From NCBI GenBank assembly GCA_951406725.2, contig OX597823.1, positions 26,246,001 to 26,308,000 of the forward strand: a DNA stretch of 62,000 nucleotides. Direction: 5' to 3'. The notes beneath the pieces are model-generated. The model made no database searches, was not told where the DNA came from, and saw nothing but the letters and a program-made list of their open reading frames with translations. Below, one piece after another: positions 35,796 to 48,899 of the stretch. Origin of the DNA: Octopus vulgaris (taxonomy: Eukaryota). Made by a program: the position numbers and the translations under genes. Every line of letters begins with the position of its first letter. The first letter of the stretch is position 1.

Positions 35796-37945
35796 TAACA
35801 AAACAATGAAAAGCAAAGTTTACCACAGAAAGAATTGAACTCAAGACCTAAAGGGTCGTAATTAAATATCATAATTAACTGCTGCAAGTATTTTTATTGA
35901 CCATGCTACTAATTCTGTGAACCCATCACCCTTTTTGTTAATGACAAGAAAATAAAGAGAAACATGAAGTCAAAACTCCAACGAGCCACTTGTTATTTGT
36001 CAGAAGTCTATTAATTGGTCAGTTAATGATGGTATGTAAGGAGAGTCACAAGAATTGATAGTTTAATAATGGTAATGATTGGTACAAATCACATTGGAAA
36101 TAAAAGAGAAAAGATGTATGTTGGTTAGAGCCATGAGACAAAGGATGGTTTTCTTTGGAGAAGTATATGTACAAGTGTACCTATACATTAAAAGAATTAA
36201 CACTAAACTGTTGTACTTTATGTAAATGCTGCTTTTGAATTATCTTATTTCTAAAGAATTCTATTTTCCTACACCAATAAATGTGCAATCTTGTTCATAC
36301 AGTCATCTTTCCATTAAAACTTTAGCAAGTACAGTTCATATTGACCAAGTATGTCCAGAATTTACCACTCACATTTTTTGAAAAAAATGAATGTAATATT
36401 ACTCATTCTCTAATACTGTGTTTGACTCAGAACATATTTATTTGCATCTAAATTTTTAATGTAGCATCCATTAAACATGTTAACACTTGCTTTCATATCA
36501 ATGGTTAGTCTACAAATTAAGTATCAGTGCAGTTAGTCTATCTTTGTATTAAATATGTTAACACTTACATACTACTTATCAGTAGTACCTGTTACCACCC
36601 TCAATGCCCTCTCATATCTAATGTAAACCCTTACAACAGGTAAACCAATGGCAAAATCTCTGCAAGAAATAGCAGCCAAATCACATATCCAAGCATCTTT
36701 GAAAAAAGGAAGTATAAATCATTGGTTTTTGAGTCATATGAGATTTATCACTAATCTTATCAAACAAAGCTTTCTTCAATTTGATAGAGGTGTTCCAGTA
36801 TGGCCATGGCCATGATGATCAAAATAAAGTGAAGAGTTAATTTTGTTTATTTGTGGATATATAAAAATAATTTCATTTCCTTGTTAAAATGCTTCTTTAG
36901 ATTAGCTTCATTGAACTTCAATGAGAATTAAAACAATGGCCGTCTTATTTTAGGTAGAATTTAGGTCAAGGCTATACAAAGATTCCAAATTTTGAGTGGT
37001 CTGACATTGTTTCTCATTTTAATTACAAAAATTTTTCAGGACTTCTCAGAGTATAAAAAAATTTGTCTTATTTTACATTTTCAGATGCCCTGAAAAAATA
37101 GTGGGTCATATACCCTATGATATACCCTATCATCCCCTTCCTTAATTAAACAGTAAAAAAAAAAAACAAAAAAACTTTGCTGTTCCTTAAGTCACATCCT
37201 ACTGGCTTGAAAAAGGAAAGACACATTGAATAATGTAATCCAGGATACACTATTCCGGAAAAAAAAAACTCATTAAAATATTGCAATATAATCATAGCTG
37301 GAACTCCTTTGATCATAGATCAGCTCTGTCAGGGTTGACTTGGGGCTAAACAACAACAAAAACACGATATTGGTAATAATGTCCATCAGTCTTAACAATA
37401 AGTATTCAATTGTTCAACTAACTGAATTCTTACTTGTGAAATTTATATGTAAGTGGTTGAGTATTCCAAAAGCACATGTCCTCCCTTAGTGTAATTCTCT
37501 GGCTAAATCAGCATGACACAATGTGGTAAAGCTGGGCTGGATCTTTGAATTAAAAGAAAGAGAAGAGAATAATTAATTCCAGTGTTCAACTGATACTTTA
37601 ATTCACAGCCCTAGAAGAATAACAGGCAAGGTCGACCTTGGTGGGATTTGAACTGGAATATATATTTCCTTGGATGTTGTGGACAAGGCTGTATATTACA
37701 TGCAATGCTTTAATAATTCTGTCAGTTTCTATGTTATAAGTTAGTAAATATTATTTAGATTGTCCTGAATGAGCCAGTGCGGCTAGAACTGATTGAGTAT
37801 CAGGGTGATAACCACAAAGCCAACAGTTCAAAGGCTATCATTAGTTCTTATGGCCCCCTCAACTGGTTTCCATGTGTCCTCTGGAGGTCCATATAAGATT
37901 TTGTTATTGAAATTTTTCTGCAATAAATTGGTTATACTCTAACAG

Positions 37946-38181
37946 TACTCTTTTACTTGTTCCAGTCATTTGACTGTGGCCATGCTGGAGCACTGTCTTT
38001 AGTCGAGCAAATCGACCGCAGGACTTATACTTTGTAAGCCTAGTACTTATCCTATTGGTCTCTTTTGCCGAACTACTAAGTTACGGGGACGTAAACACAC
38101 CAGCATTGGTTGTCAAGCAATGTTGGGGGGACAAACACAGATACACAAACATATACACAGACACACACACACATGCGCGCG

Positions 38182-38212
<31 letters not shown>

Positions 38213-38376
38213 GACGGGCTTCTTTCAGTTTCTATCTACCAAATCTACTCACAAGGCTTTGGTTGGCCCTGAGGCTATAGTAGAAGACACTTGCCCAAGG
38301 TGCCACGCAGTGGGACTGAGCCCGGAACCATGTGGTTGGTAAGCAAGCTACTTACCACACAGCCACTCCTATGCCT
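37946..38376 (-). mobile_element. SINE-A, full length
   Basis: Highly similar to 40697-41145 and 43221-43690; internal (CA)/(TA) tract. Confidence 0.9.
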
Positions 38377-38459
38377 ACGTACATAAAATATTTTTGATAG
38401 TTTATACAATTCCTAGTAAAATTTAATTATAAAAATACAGGGTTTTTTTTTAATATATA

Positions 38460-38578
38460 TTGATCAGATTGGAACCTGGTACAGCCTCCTGGCTTGCCAG
38501 TCCTCAGTCAAACTGTCCAACCCATGCCAGCATGGAAAGTGGACATTAAACGATGATGATAATGATGATGATGATGAT
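38460..38578 (+). mobile_element. SINE-D 3' end
   Basis: CTGGCTTGCCAG...AAACTGTCCAACCCATGCCAGCATGGAAAGTGGACATTAAAC(GAT)n. Confidence 0.75.
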
Positions 38579-39298
38579 TGAATGGCTATGGAGACCCCAA
38601 AGAGTAAAATAGGAATGAAAGGGGGCCCATAAGCAAAACATGGTTGAGAACCAGTGATCTATGTTATGGAAGCATTTCATTCTTGAAAATCTTGCTGTAA
38701 CATAGAATTCTATAATGCATAACCTATTCCATTGATTCCATGTTATGTGGAAGTCCAGGAACAAGGAAATCAATGGCAAAATATCTCTTATGTTACCAAA
38801 TTCCATGTTGTGGCAGGATTTCTAAGCATGCAACATTTCCATAATACAGGTGATAGCTGTGCTTGGATGGCCACAAATGGAATGTTCTTGATGCTTGGTC
38901 AGCTCTATCAGAATTGGTTTGGGGCTAAACAATAGCATCAGTCACAACACACATCTGCTTGAAGTGACACAGTCGAGGCAGGTTACTTATTCTTGATTTG
39001 AAATTTAATAATTATTTCTAAGAGTTTGTTGATTAACTAATGTTTAAGTATGGAGGTTTCTCTCATAAATTCTATTTATTCAGTACACAGCATTTGGACA
39101 AGTGGGGCCTCTATTGAGGTTTTATTAATGATTTGCTTTGTTCTGTTTTTCTCTCCACCTTCTCACCTCTTTATTTGATGCTTTGATACCCTTTCTCCTC
39201 TGTTTTTCTTCTTTTATACCTATCTCTCCTCCTGCTTCCCTCTGCCTCCATCTCTCTGACTATCTGTCTCTCTATCTTTGTCTGACTATCTGTCAGCC

Positions 39299-39334
<36 letters not shown>

Positions 39335-39639
39335 CCAAACACCCTTTTGAGTGAACATACCAAATTCATACACATACTACAAGTGAGGAAACCTCTATGT
39401 GGTTGTTCTGTCTACTAGAAATAGCAACTAAATCCTCTCTATTATCTAAAACAAGAATAAAATAGGGACGTGTTGGAAAATGTAGTCTTAGATACCTTTA
39501 AAAAAAAAAGGTGGTGGCCACTACTGAAATGCTTTTGATCATAGGTCTGCCTAGTCATGACCGAACTGGGGTTACACAACAAAAACTATACATTATTATC
39601 ACCAAGATTGTGACCACCACCATAAGCTATAATTTTAAA

Positions 39640-39830
39640 TGGTTTATGGTATTTTGTACCACTGCCACGTTGCTGCTGCCACCACCACAACTACTGTCAC
39701 CACTGCCACCACCACCACTGCCACCGCCACTGCCGCCGCCACCACCGCCACCACCACTACCGCCACCATCACCGCCGCCGCCGCCGCCACCACCACCACC
39801 ACCACCACCGCTACCACCATCATCACCACA
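39640..39830. repeat. Compound (ACC)/(GCC)/(ACT) trinucleotide array
   Basis: Read directly; source of the poly-Pro, poly-Gly and poly-Thr ORFs. Confidence 0.95.
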
Positions 39831-40297
39831 GCTATAAGCTATGCTTCTGAATTTTAAATATTTTCGATAAATCTTGTAGTTCCTGTTTTGGGAATATTTT
39901 TTTTCTTCCACAGAATCTCTGAGATGAGTCATAGGCAATAAACGACCTACCACAGTGGTACATAGGGAGCTGCACTGTTGCTCTGTAGGCGAAGAACACT
40001 GCTAACAACATCTGGAAGAAGTCATGTAAAATGACCACCAGGAAAGGAGCATCTCACATCTTTCAAATCATAGCTAGCTCTTCTTGCCTCTTGCTAAGAT
40101 GGTTTCACACTGCCTTTCCAAATTCAGTTTGACTTCTGAACTAAGCAGTGAGGGAAGCTTCATTTACTTTTTTACTATTTTACTTTACTTGGAAACAGGT
40201 GGGGGTTTCCACGTAAAGGTGGGCATCCAATCAGAGATAATCTGCCTCATCAAATTTCATCTGACCTGTGCAAACATAAAAAAGCAGATGTTAAAAA

Positions 40298-40343
40298 TGA
40301 TGATGATGGTGGTGGTGGTGGTGGTGGTGGTGATGTTGTTGTT

Positions 40344-40418
<75 letters not shown>

Positions 40419-40448
40419 GGTGGTGGTGGTGGTGGTGGTGGTGGTGGT
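40298..40448. repeat. (GAT)(GGT)n(GTT)n(GGT)n trinucleotide array
   Basis: Read directly from the sequence. Confidence 0.95.
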
Positions 40449-40696
40449 GTCTGCATTCATTGAACTGTGGCCATATTAGGGCAACACCTTCACAAGATTA
40501 AAGTGGGCCAACTACCAGATATAATCTTTTGCTATTTTCATTGTTGGAGCAACACCTTGCAAAGTTTAAAGTGGGAAGACTACAAATAAGCTACAAATAT
40601 ACTCTTACCATTTTCAGTCATTGGACTGTGGTCATACTGGGGCAACAGCTTCAAAACCCAATATATACTCTTTTACTGCCTTCAATTATTGGATTA

Positions 40697-40895
40697 TACT
40701 CTTTACTTGTTTCATTCATTTGACTGTGGCCATGCTGGAGCACTGCCTTTTAGTCGAGCAAATCAACCCCAGGACTTATTCTTTGTAAGCCTAGTACTTA
40801 TTCTATTGGTCTCTTTTGCTGAACTGCTAAGTTACGAGGATGTAAACACACCGGCATTGGTTGTGTTGGGACAAACACAGACACACAAACATATA

Positions 40896-40969
<74 letters not shown>

Positions 40970-41145
40970 CATACATATATATGACGGGCTTCTTTCAGTT
41001 TCTATCTACCAAATCCACTCACAAGGCTTTGATCGGCCCTAGGCTATAGTAGAAGATGCTTGCCCAAAGTGCCACACAGTAGGACTGAACCTGGAACCGT
41101 GTGGTTGGTAAGCAAGCTACTTACCACACAGCCACTCCTGTGCCT
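40697..41145 (-). mobile_element. SINE-A, full length
   Basis: Same head, core and tail as the 37.9 and 43.2 kb copies. Confidence 0.9.
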
Positions 41146-41159
41146 ATAAAAATAAATGT

Positions 41160-41404
41160 TCTTTCTCTAGCCATGCCAGGCTTATAAGGGCTGGTTTCCC
41201 GGTTTCAGTGGCGTAGAAATTCCCCACCTGGATGGGATGCCGGTCTGTTGCAGGATTACTCACTTTTGCCAGTTGAGTGGACTGGAGCAACATGAAATGA
41301 AGTGTTTTGCTCAAGAACACAACACATCGCCCACTCCAGGAATTGAAACCACAACCTTACGATCATGAGTTCAACACGCTAACCACTAAGCCACGCGCCT
41401 CCAC
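41160..41404 (-). mobile_element. SINE-C: tRNA-derived SINE
   Basis: Minus strand GGCGCGTGGCTTAGTGGTTAG (A box)...GGTTTCAATTCC (B box)...GTTCTTGAGCAAAACACTTCATTTCATGTTGCTCCAG; relatives at 58.2 and 61.6 kb. Confidence 0.8.
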
Positions 41405-41538
41405 ATGTCTATTCTAGAGCAGCAACTTCAAGAGCAAACAGCATACTCTTGCCTTGTTTTCACTCATGAGACTGTGGCCATATTAAAGCAAAGCCTTTGA
41501 TGTCATAGTCAATTATATTAACCCCAGTTTTTGTAGAC

Positions 41539-41757
41539 TAGTGGTTTTCAACCAGGATTCCGCAGAACCTTAGAGTTCCACCAGTACAGTCCAGGGGTTC
41601 CGCAAGAAGTTACAAAACTGCTAAAATCGGCAGTAATTTTTAATTCTCCTGTGCAGATATGTGTGCATAAGACTATTAAATTATTGCACAGGAGTTCCTC
41701 GAGCCAGTGGAATGTTTCCTTGGGGTTCCGCTCCAGCAAAAAGTTTGAAAAGCACTG
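41539..41757. mobile_element. hAT (Charlie/Buster-like) MITE, 219 bp
   Basis: Termini TAGTGGTTTTCAACC / GTTTGAAAAGCACTG; perfect 8-bp TSD TTGTAGAC at 41531-41538 and 41758-41765. Confidence 0.9.
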
Positions 41758-42673
41758 TTGTAGACCATAGTTTTTATTTTACCAAAGTCAACCTTTGATA
41801 GATGCTACCAAGTGCAGTTGCTCAACCAGCTTAGTTACCTCAATATATCAAGTATTTAATATTCTGCAGTTTAGTGATTATCCCAATTATTTCAGCATCA
41901 TTGAAATACATTGTTTCTCTTTAGTCTTCATTCTCTGGTGCAAAAAATGTAAATAAAATAAAATAAAATAAAATAAAATAAAATTCAATAAAAACAAAGC
42001 AAGAACAAAAAGAAGCATCAACAAGCAATCCACACTAACAAACATGGTTGATAAGAACTTGTGCAGATTCTATCAATTTGTTTGCTCATGAAGGAAGGCA
42101 AAGAATAGAACGCTATGAAGCTGGAAAGGGAATAAGAGAAAAAGGAAAAAAAAAGAAAAAAAAAAAGAGAAGCAGACAAGAAAATCAAAAACAAACCAAA
42201 ACAAACTAAACAACAAGCATTTAAAACAAATGTACACATATCAAAAAAAAAAAAAATAAAATAAAACCACAATGAGTTAACATGTTCTGAAGATTGAGAA
42301 AGCTGAAAGTGAGTCAGCAGTCTAAAGAAGCTGATCGCTGTTACAGTGAAAAAGATTCCAAAATCAATGGAAGTTCTGCAAGTATTTTCAGAGGATGACC
42401 TGGATCTCCAGTGCAACAACATTTGCAATCCGGACTGACTGCAAGCAAGGTGATTCATTTCTGCTGATTCCATAAAGAAGAGTATTCGAAACTGTTGAAG
42501 CTCAGTTTTGTTGTAGTTTGGGCCATTCTTGCAAGCGGCAACAGCACCAGTAGCAGAAGCCAGCTCTTGCTCTATTTCCTCTTTTCCCATCTATTTCATT
42601 CTCTCTCCTTCTAAAATCAAAATCATTGTCAGTTTTCAGACTTTTTCTCTCTCTCTCACCTTTATTATCACCA

Positions 42674-42675
<2 letters not shown>

Positions 42676-42704
<29 letters not shown>

Positions 42705-42861
42705 CTTCTTCTTCTTCTTCTTCTTCTTCTTCTTCTTCTTCTTCTTCTCCTCCTCCTCCTCCTCCTCTTCCGCCTCTTCCCCCTCCTCCTTCCTCATCCT
42801 CTTCCTTCTTTTCATTCACCTTTTTATTTCTTGGGTACACTTTTTCCTTAATTTAGACAAT

Positions 42862-42928
<67 letters not shown>

Positions 42929-42930
42929 AC
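42676..42930. repeat. (TTC)n(TCC)n homopyrimidine tract plus (CA)n
   Basis: Read directly from the sequence. Confidence 0.95.
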
Positions 42931-43086
42931 CTGTATATCTGGTTCTTCTTGTTTCTCAATTTTCCTGTATTTTCTATCCATTATGGCAGATGCTATAATT
43001 AAAATCCTTCTTTCCCCGAATATGTATCCTTCTGGAATCATTTTCTCTGTCCATGCTTTACTTCTAAACACTATCCCTACCCCATA

Positions 43087-43134
<48 letters not shown>

Positions 43135-43220
43135 CATTTGTGTAGAAATACACATATACATATGTACATATATGTATATGTACATATGTATATACATATG
43201 TGCATATATATCACTTTTAC

Positions 43221-43690
43221 TCTTTTACTTGTTTCAGTCACTTGACTATGGCCATGCTGGAGCACTGCCTTTAGTCGAGCAAATCGACCCCAGGACTTAT
43301 TCTTTGTAAGCTTAGTACTTACACTATCGGTCTCTTTTGCCGAACTGCTAAGTTACGGGAACATAAACACACCAGCATTGGTTGTCAAGCGACGTTGGGG
43401 GGACAAGCACAGATACACAAACATATACACACACACACACATACATACATACATAAATACATATATACATACATACATACATACATACATACATTTATAT
43501 ATGTATATACATATATACATATATATATTTATACGATGGGCTTCTTTCAGTTTCTGACTACCAAATCCACTCACAAGGCTTCGGTCGGCCCGAGGCTATA
43601 GTAGAAGGCACTTGCCCAAGGTACCACACAGTGGGACTGAACCCAGAACCATGTGGTTGGTAAGCAAGCTACTTACCACACAACCACTTC
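43221..43690 (-). mobile_element. SINE-A, full length
   Basis: Same family; internal (CATA)n/(TA)n tract; followed by a long (TA)n to about 43830. Confidence 0.9.
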
Positions 43691-43766
43691 TACACCCCTA
43701 TATATATATATATATATATACATACATACATACATATATAAATATATATACAAATATATATATATG

Positions 43767-43828
<62 letters not shown>

Positions 43829-44024
43829 TAATAATTATTTGAGGGAATATTAATCCAAACTTACAGGGAAAAAAATTCAATTTAGAAATACTAAATCAAA
43901 TTTCACACAATATAATATAAAAAATTAGAAAAAAAACACCTTTTATCAATTCATTATAAGTAATTTTCTAGATGGTGTAATAATTGTTCATTTTGAATTG
44001 ATAAAAGGTGGTTTTTTTCTAATT

Positions 44025-44058
<34 letters not shown>

Positions 44059-44134
44059 GTACATATATGTATATGCACATATATGTATATGTACATATGC
44101 GTGCGCACACACACACATACACACACAGAAACAT

Positions 44135-44280
44135 AGCAGCGTGGTTTAGAAATTCTCTTTGCAACCATGTGGTTTTGGGGTTTTGCTCCTGCTGCATGGT
44201 ACAGTGGGCACATGCCTTGGGCTGACTAATGCTTTGTAAGCTAAATTGGTAGATAGACACTTTACAGAAGCCAGTTCATT
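44135..44280 (+). mobile_element. Degenerate SINE-A 5' half
   Basis: AGCGTGGTTTAGAAATTCTCTTTGCAACCATGTGG...GCCTTGGGCTGACTAATGCTTTG. Confidence 0.5.
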
Positions 44281-44571
44281 TCGTGTGTGTGTGTCTAATG
44301 TGCATTTATTAATGATAGCTTTGCCTATGTTTGAGCCTCAGTGAGAAATTATGTGTCAGCCCATGATTCACCACAACAACAAATATGAAAGGAAAAGAAG
44401 TGAAAAATTGAAAGTGTGGTGCCTGAACTCACAATTTTTGAAAGCTTGTCTTCCATCTTTGAAATAACTCCTCAAGTTGCTGCATCCAGAAATTTGTTCC
44501 ATTTATTAATTAAAATCCCTGGAAGTAGTGACTCACTTTGACTCCTGTTCTGTGACTGAAACCAGTGAAAA

Positions 44572-44870
44572 TAAATGTATGCATGTATGTATGTATGCAT
44601 GTATGTATGTATGTATGTATGTATGTATGTATGTATGTATGTATGTATGTATGTATGTATGTATGTATGTATGTATGTATGTATGTATGTATGTATGTAT
44701 GTATGTATGTGTGTGTATGTATGCATTATGTGTGTATGTATGTACGTATGTATGTATGTGTGTATGTATGTACGTACGTATGTATGTATATGTGTATGTA
44801 TGTATGTATGTATGTGTGTAGGTATGCACGTACATACATATGTACACGTATGTATGTGTGTGTGTGTGAA
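44572..44870. repeat. (TATG)n microsatellite, about 300 bp
   Basis: Read directly from the sequence. Confidence 0.95.
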
Positions 44871-45439
44871 TGTGTCTGGGTGTGGGTATGTGTAAGTATA
44901 CAGGCATTTACTTTTACTAGTCTATCAACAGTGTGTATACATTAAGTATGATACATAGGTGGTAGTTTTAATTAAATACTGCCTTAATTGCATATACCAG
45001 AATTATATTTTCAGCATCAGTGTATATATTATTCATTTTTTTCCTATATCAGAGACAAGGAATTCTCATCCAAACAAGAGGCTGGCTGTAAGTGTGCATC
45101 ATTGATAAAGCCCAAAGAAGCCAAAATGCATCAGGTGCTCACACAAGCTGCTGCTGAGATGAACTTCTAGATATTTATTGTGTTTTTAACAAAGCAAGTC
45201 CATAAGACATGCTATCTCAAGAACAAACTGCAGTAACTGGTCAGTAGACAGCGTGTACAGGATTAAGTATGGTACATAGACTGCGCTTTTGTATGCGTGC
45301 GTGCATGTGTGTGTGTATATGCATACATAGATTTCCCCTTTTTTGGTGGGGTTCATTGGTACATCATGCTACCTGGTTTAACACCACCACCTGGCCCAGG
45401 GGTGCTTAAATTTGCTTCAAACTGCCAATCCTGTTCCTT

Positions 45440-46350
45440 TCATTGCTCTGAAATATTACAACTCAGAGCTTGCCCCTATACTTACCAAAATCTTCAAGCC
45501 CTCCTGTTTTTTACAGAATCTATACTGATCTTTGAAAACACACTTCACTGTTTCCCTTTTCCGATCCTACCAGCTATCCATTCTATTACTCTCACCTCCA
45601 ACATCTCCAAGGTAATAGGGACAGCCACTAACAATAATGTTTGTCAACACCTTGAACCTTTCTTTCCCCATTACTGTCACTAGTATGGCTTCAGTAGAGC
45701 TACATCCTCTGGAGTGACCTCATACTCTTATATCACCTACCAGCGGGCTCCCACTGATGAAAAATTCAGTGCCAGCAAAGCTCTTGACTGTATCTACTAT
45801 GGGAATTTCCTATTGAAATTTTCTTCCAAACAAGCTGTATCTGCCTCTTTTCTCTTGGATTGGTACCTTTTTGTCTAATCACACCATCATAATATGTGTT
45901 GACAGTATTTTCTATCTCATGTTCAATCAACTCTGGTGTGTCCCAGCTTTCAGTGTTGTCCTCCACTCCCTTCCTTCAATATATACTGATCTTCTTACCA
46001 TCACATCTAATAGCATCCACTCTTATATAGATGATGCAATCCTTCATTCCTTTCTAATCTTCTCCAACCACACATCATCCAAGCATAATCTAAACACTAT
46101 ATGTTAAACCTTTACTGATTCAATGAAGCGAGACCTAAAGAACATCTTCTGGCCAGGCCATACAAACCTTGTTTTTTTTCAACAGCACAAAAAAAAAAAA
46201 AATTACCCCAAAACACAAGCACTACTTGTATCAAGGAAACATTGTCATACCACACTCCTCTTCAATGTAAGTAGCACTCAACTATTTATATATCCATATT
46301 GTCAGCTATTTGTTTTGAAAATTTTGTTTCAGACTGCAACGTTGGTGATT
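45440..46350 (+). mobile_element. CR1/Jockey-group LINE reverse-transcriptase relic with frameshifts and stops
   Basis: Translated pieces IALKYYNSELAPILTKIFK, TLTSNISKV...HLE, YGFSRATS, WIGTFLSNHTI, GVSQLSVL (like GVPQGSVL) and SNSIHSYIDD (like the YADD catalytic motif). Confidence 0.75.
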
Positions 46351-46559
46351 CCCAAAGTCTACCGTTTAAAACAGAAATCCAAAGAAAGGTTTGGATAAAA
46401 GGAATAATAATAAATGAGTTACAGGATGATGATGCTTATTTTAAAATTCTGTTGTTCAATAATTTTGTGCTCATAGACTTGCACTTCCCTAATACAAAAT
46501 TACTTAAATTTGCTGTAAATAATGATGGTGGAGCACCACTTGAAAATGTCTTCATTTTT

Positions 46560-46857
46560 GTGTTGATGTCACGTTAAAAGCACTGGTGCTAATGCCACAT
46601 TAAAAGCACTGGTGCAGGTGCTACATTAAAAGCATTCATACCAGTGCCATGTTAAAAGCACTGGGGCTGGTGCCACATAAAAAGTGCCCAGTACACTCTG
46701 TGGAATGCTTGACATTTGGAAGGACATCCAAATGTAGAAACCAAGCTAGAACAGACAATGGAGCCTGGTGTGACTCCCGGCCTTACCAGCTCCAGTCAAA
46801 CCGTCCAACCCATGCAAGAATGGACAATGGATGTTAGATGGTAATGATGATGATGAT
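46560..46857 (+). mobile_element. SINE-D copy with about 5 internal ~26-bp tandem units
   Basis: Repeated (G)CCACRTTAAAAGCACTGGTGC units, then ACACTCTG...CAAACCGTCCAACCCATGC...(GAT)n. Confidence 0.75.
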
Positions 46858-47559
46858 ATTATTGCTAAAGTGTTATCATAATTGAATTATTTAAAGTTAT
46901 TTTACCTGATATCTATGCATTTGATGTAGAGCTTGATCTGTTAGATATTGCAGCAGAATCTCCCTTTGACCACGCCCGCCTTACTTAAACAACAACACAA
47001 CCATGGACAACAACAACAAAAAATCTTAAACAATCTGAATCAATCAAATCCTCCCACATTAAATAACAATTGCACAATAATAATTTAACAACAAAAACAC
47101 AAGCATGAACAACAATAACAGAATAAAAAAAAATTGTAATTAAAAAATAAGACGTATGACAAACAAACAATGACATGAACAACAATGCAAAACAAATTAG
47201 CAATAACACAAATAGAAGTAAACAAAGAACGAATAGATACAAAGAAGGAGACAGGAAGTATACAAGACTGGTGGTTAGTAGTCTGATTTGATTGAGAAGG
47301 GATCACAGACGACATGATGAAGTATTAAAAATTGACCTTAAAAGTCAAATTTTTATGAAACTATAATAAAACTAGATTTTACTATTCATTTTAGACTGGA
47401 CAGAAAGGTTGATGGAGTAAAATTTACATAGTGTTATACTAATATTTAATTGTCTCTTTCTCCATTATTTATTTGCCTGTATCAATGTTGAAAAGAAAAA
47501 AATAATGAAAACAGCTGCCCTGAAGAAGATGAATGAATAAACTCTGTTTTGAGAATATC

Positions 47560-47800
47560 ATAATCATCGTTGACAGCATCAGCAGCGTTGGCATCAGTGT
47601 CATTGGTTAATGTCAATGATTCATGCTTGTGTGGGTTGGATAGTGTGACAGGATCTGATAAGTCCAAGGACTGTATCATGTGTCTGCTTTGATATGGTTT
47701 CTTTGACTGGATGCCCCTTCTAAAACCAACGACTTTACAATATACACTGGGTACTTTTTTCCATTCCACTGGTACTACTGAAGTGACCAGGCAGCTTGCA
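47560..47800 (-). mobile_element. SINE-D copy
   Basis: Plus strand CTGGATGCCCCTTCTAAAACCAACGACTTTACAA...GGGTACTTTTTTCC. Confidence 0.55.
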
Positions 47801-48039
47801 AGACTATGACACCTGAGGTGATGGATAGGGATAGCATTAGGTGAGGAGATGAGAGATTAAAGTATGAGAGAAGGCAGATGGCAAGCAAGTTCTTTACAGG
47901 AGCTACATGGCTACTCCCATTTCAAAAGGAAGGTGAAAATGCTCAATAGGGAGCTGCAAAATGATAAATATAAATAATGATGATGAGGTACTGAGGTGGT
48001 TTCTCAAGGTTCGTAGAGAGTAGAAGTGAGTGGGAACAA

Positions 48040-48195
48040 AGGAGCTAGGAATGTGTTTTATATGCATGGTGTTAGGAAGGGCATCCAGCCATAGAAACCA
48101 TACCAAATCAGACTGGAGTCTAGTGAAGTCCCTCGAGTTGCCACCCCTGGTCAAACCGTCCAACCCATGGATGTTAACTGATGATGATGATGATG
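48040..48195 (+). mobile_element. SINE-D 3' end
   Basis: TTAGGAAGGGCATCCAGCCATAGAAACCATACC...GGTCAAACCGTCCAACCCATG...(GAT)n. Confidence 0.75.
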
Positions 48196-48899
48196 TATAT
48201 AGTATATATCATCAGTTTGCATCCACTTTCCATGCTGGCACGGCTTGGATGAGTTTTTATGTCCTGAGTCTATTATATTTAAAGTTATTTCTTTCCTAGA
48301 AACATTGGAGGATCATGTCTTGCTCATACAGTTCATTTTTGGTTTGTACCAGGTACATTTTTTATTATGATTTTGACATTAGTGGGAATGCCTTGCATCA
48401 TATAAAGCTTGAGTGTTCTCACTGCTCTATGATGTCATCATACACTCATAGTGATGTATCCAAGAATGTGAATAGAAGAGAGGGTGACTGAAGGTGGTTG
48501 GTGGTGGTTCAGGGTAAGAGTGAGTGATGGATCTCAGAAGCAAGTGGTTCAGGAGAGATGAAGTGATGACTGACAATACTGAAAGAGTAAAGGGAGGTAA
48601 TATTGGGTCCTGCCTTCATGAATTGCACCAACAGAATAATAGTACAGCAACTAGAAAGAGAGAATTGATGGAGGGAAGATGAATGAAGGACAGAAGAATG
48701 AATCAGTGACATGAGTAATTGGGAGATGAGTGATATAAAGACAAAAGTGTATGAAAGAGTGGAGAGTTGGTGGGTGTTGGCTTGACAAGTATATATCAGG
48801 TGAGAGACCCAAATATGTGCACAGACATATATATGTACACATATTATGCCATTCTATCTCCATCACTACCATAATTTTCAACATTGGTTTCTCCATGCT

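Noticed and set aside
39511-39837. Formin- or extensin-like poly-proline ORF
   Set aside because: Derived entirely from an (ACC/GCC)n array, with no flanking coding context or splice support
37946-43690. Three same-strand SINE-A copies spaced about 2.5-2.8 kb apart, suggesting a tandem segmental repeat
   Set aside because: The intervening sequences are unrelated, so these are independent insertions
46560-46690. About 26-bp repeated units resembling a CRISPR array
   Set aside because: Units are contiguous with no unique spacers, lie inside a SINE, and there are no cas genes; the context is eukaryotic
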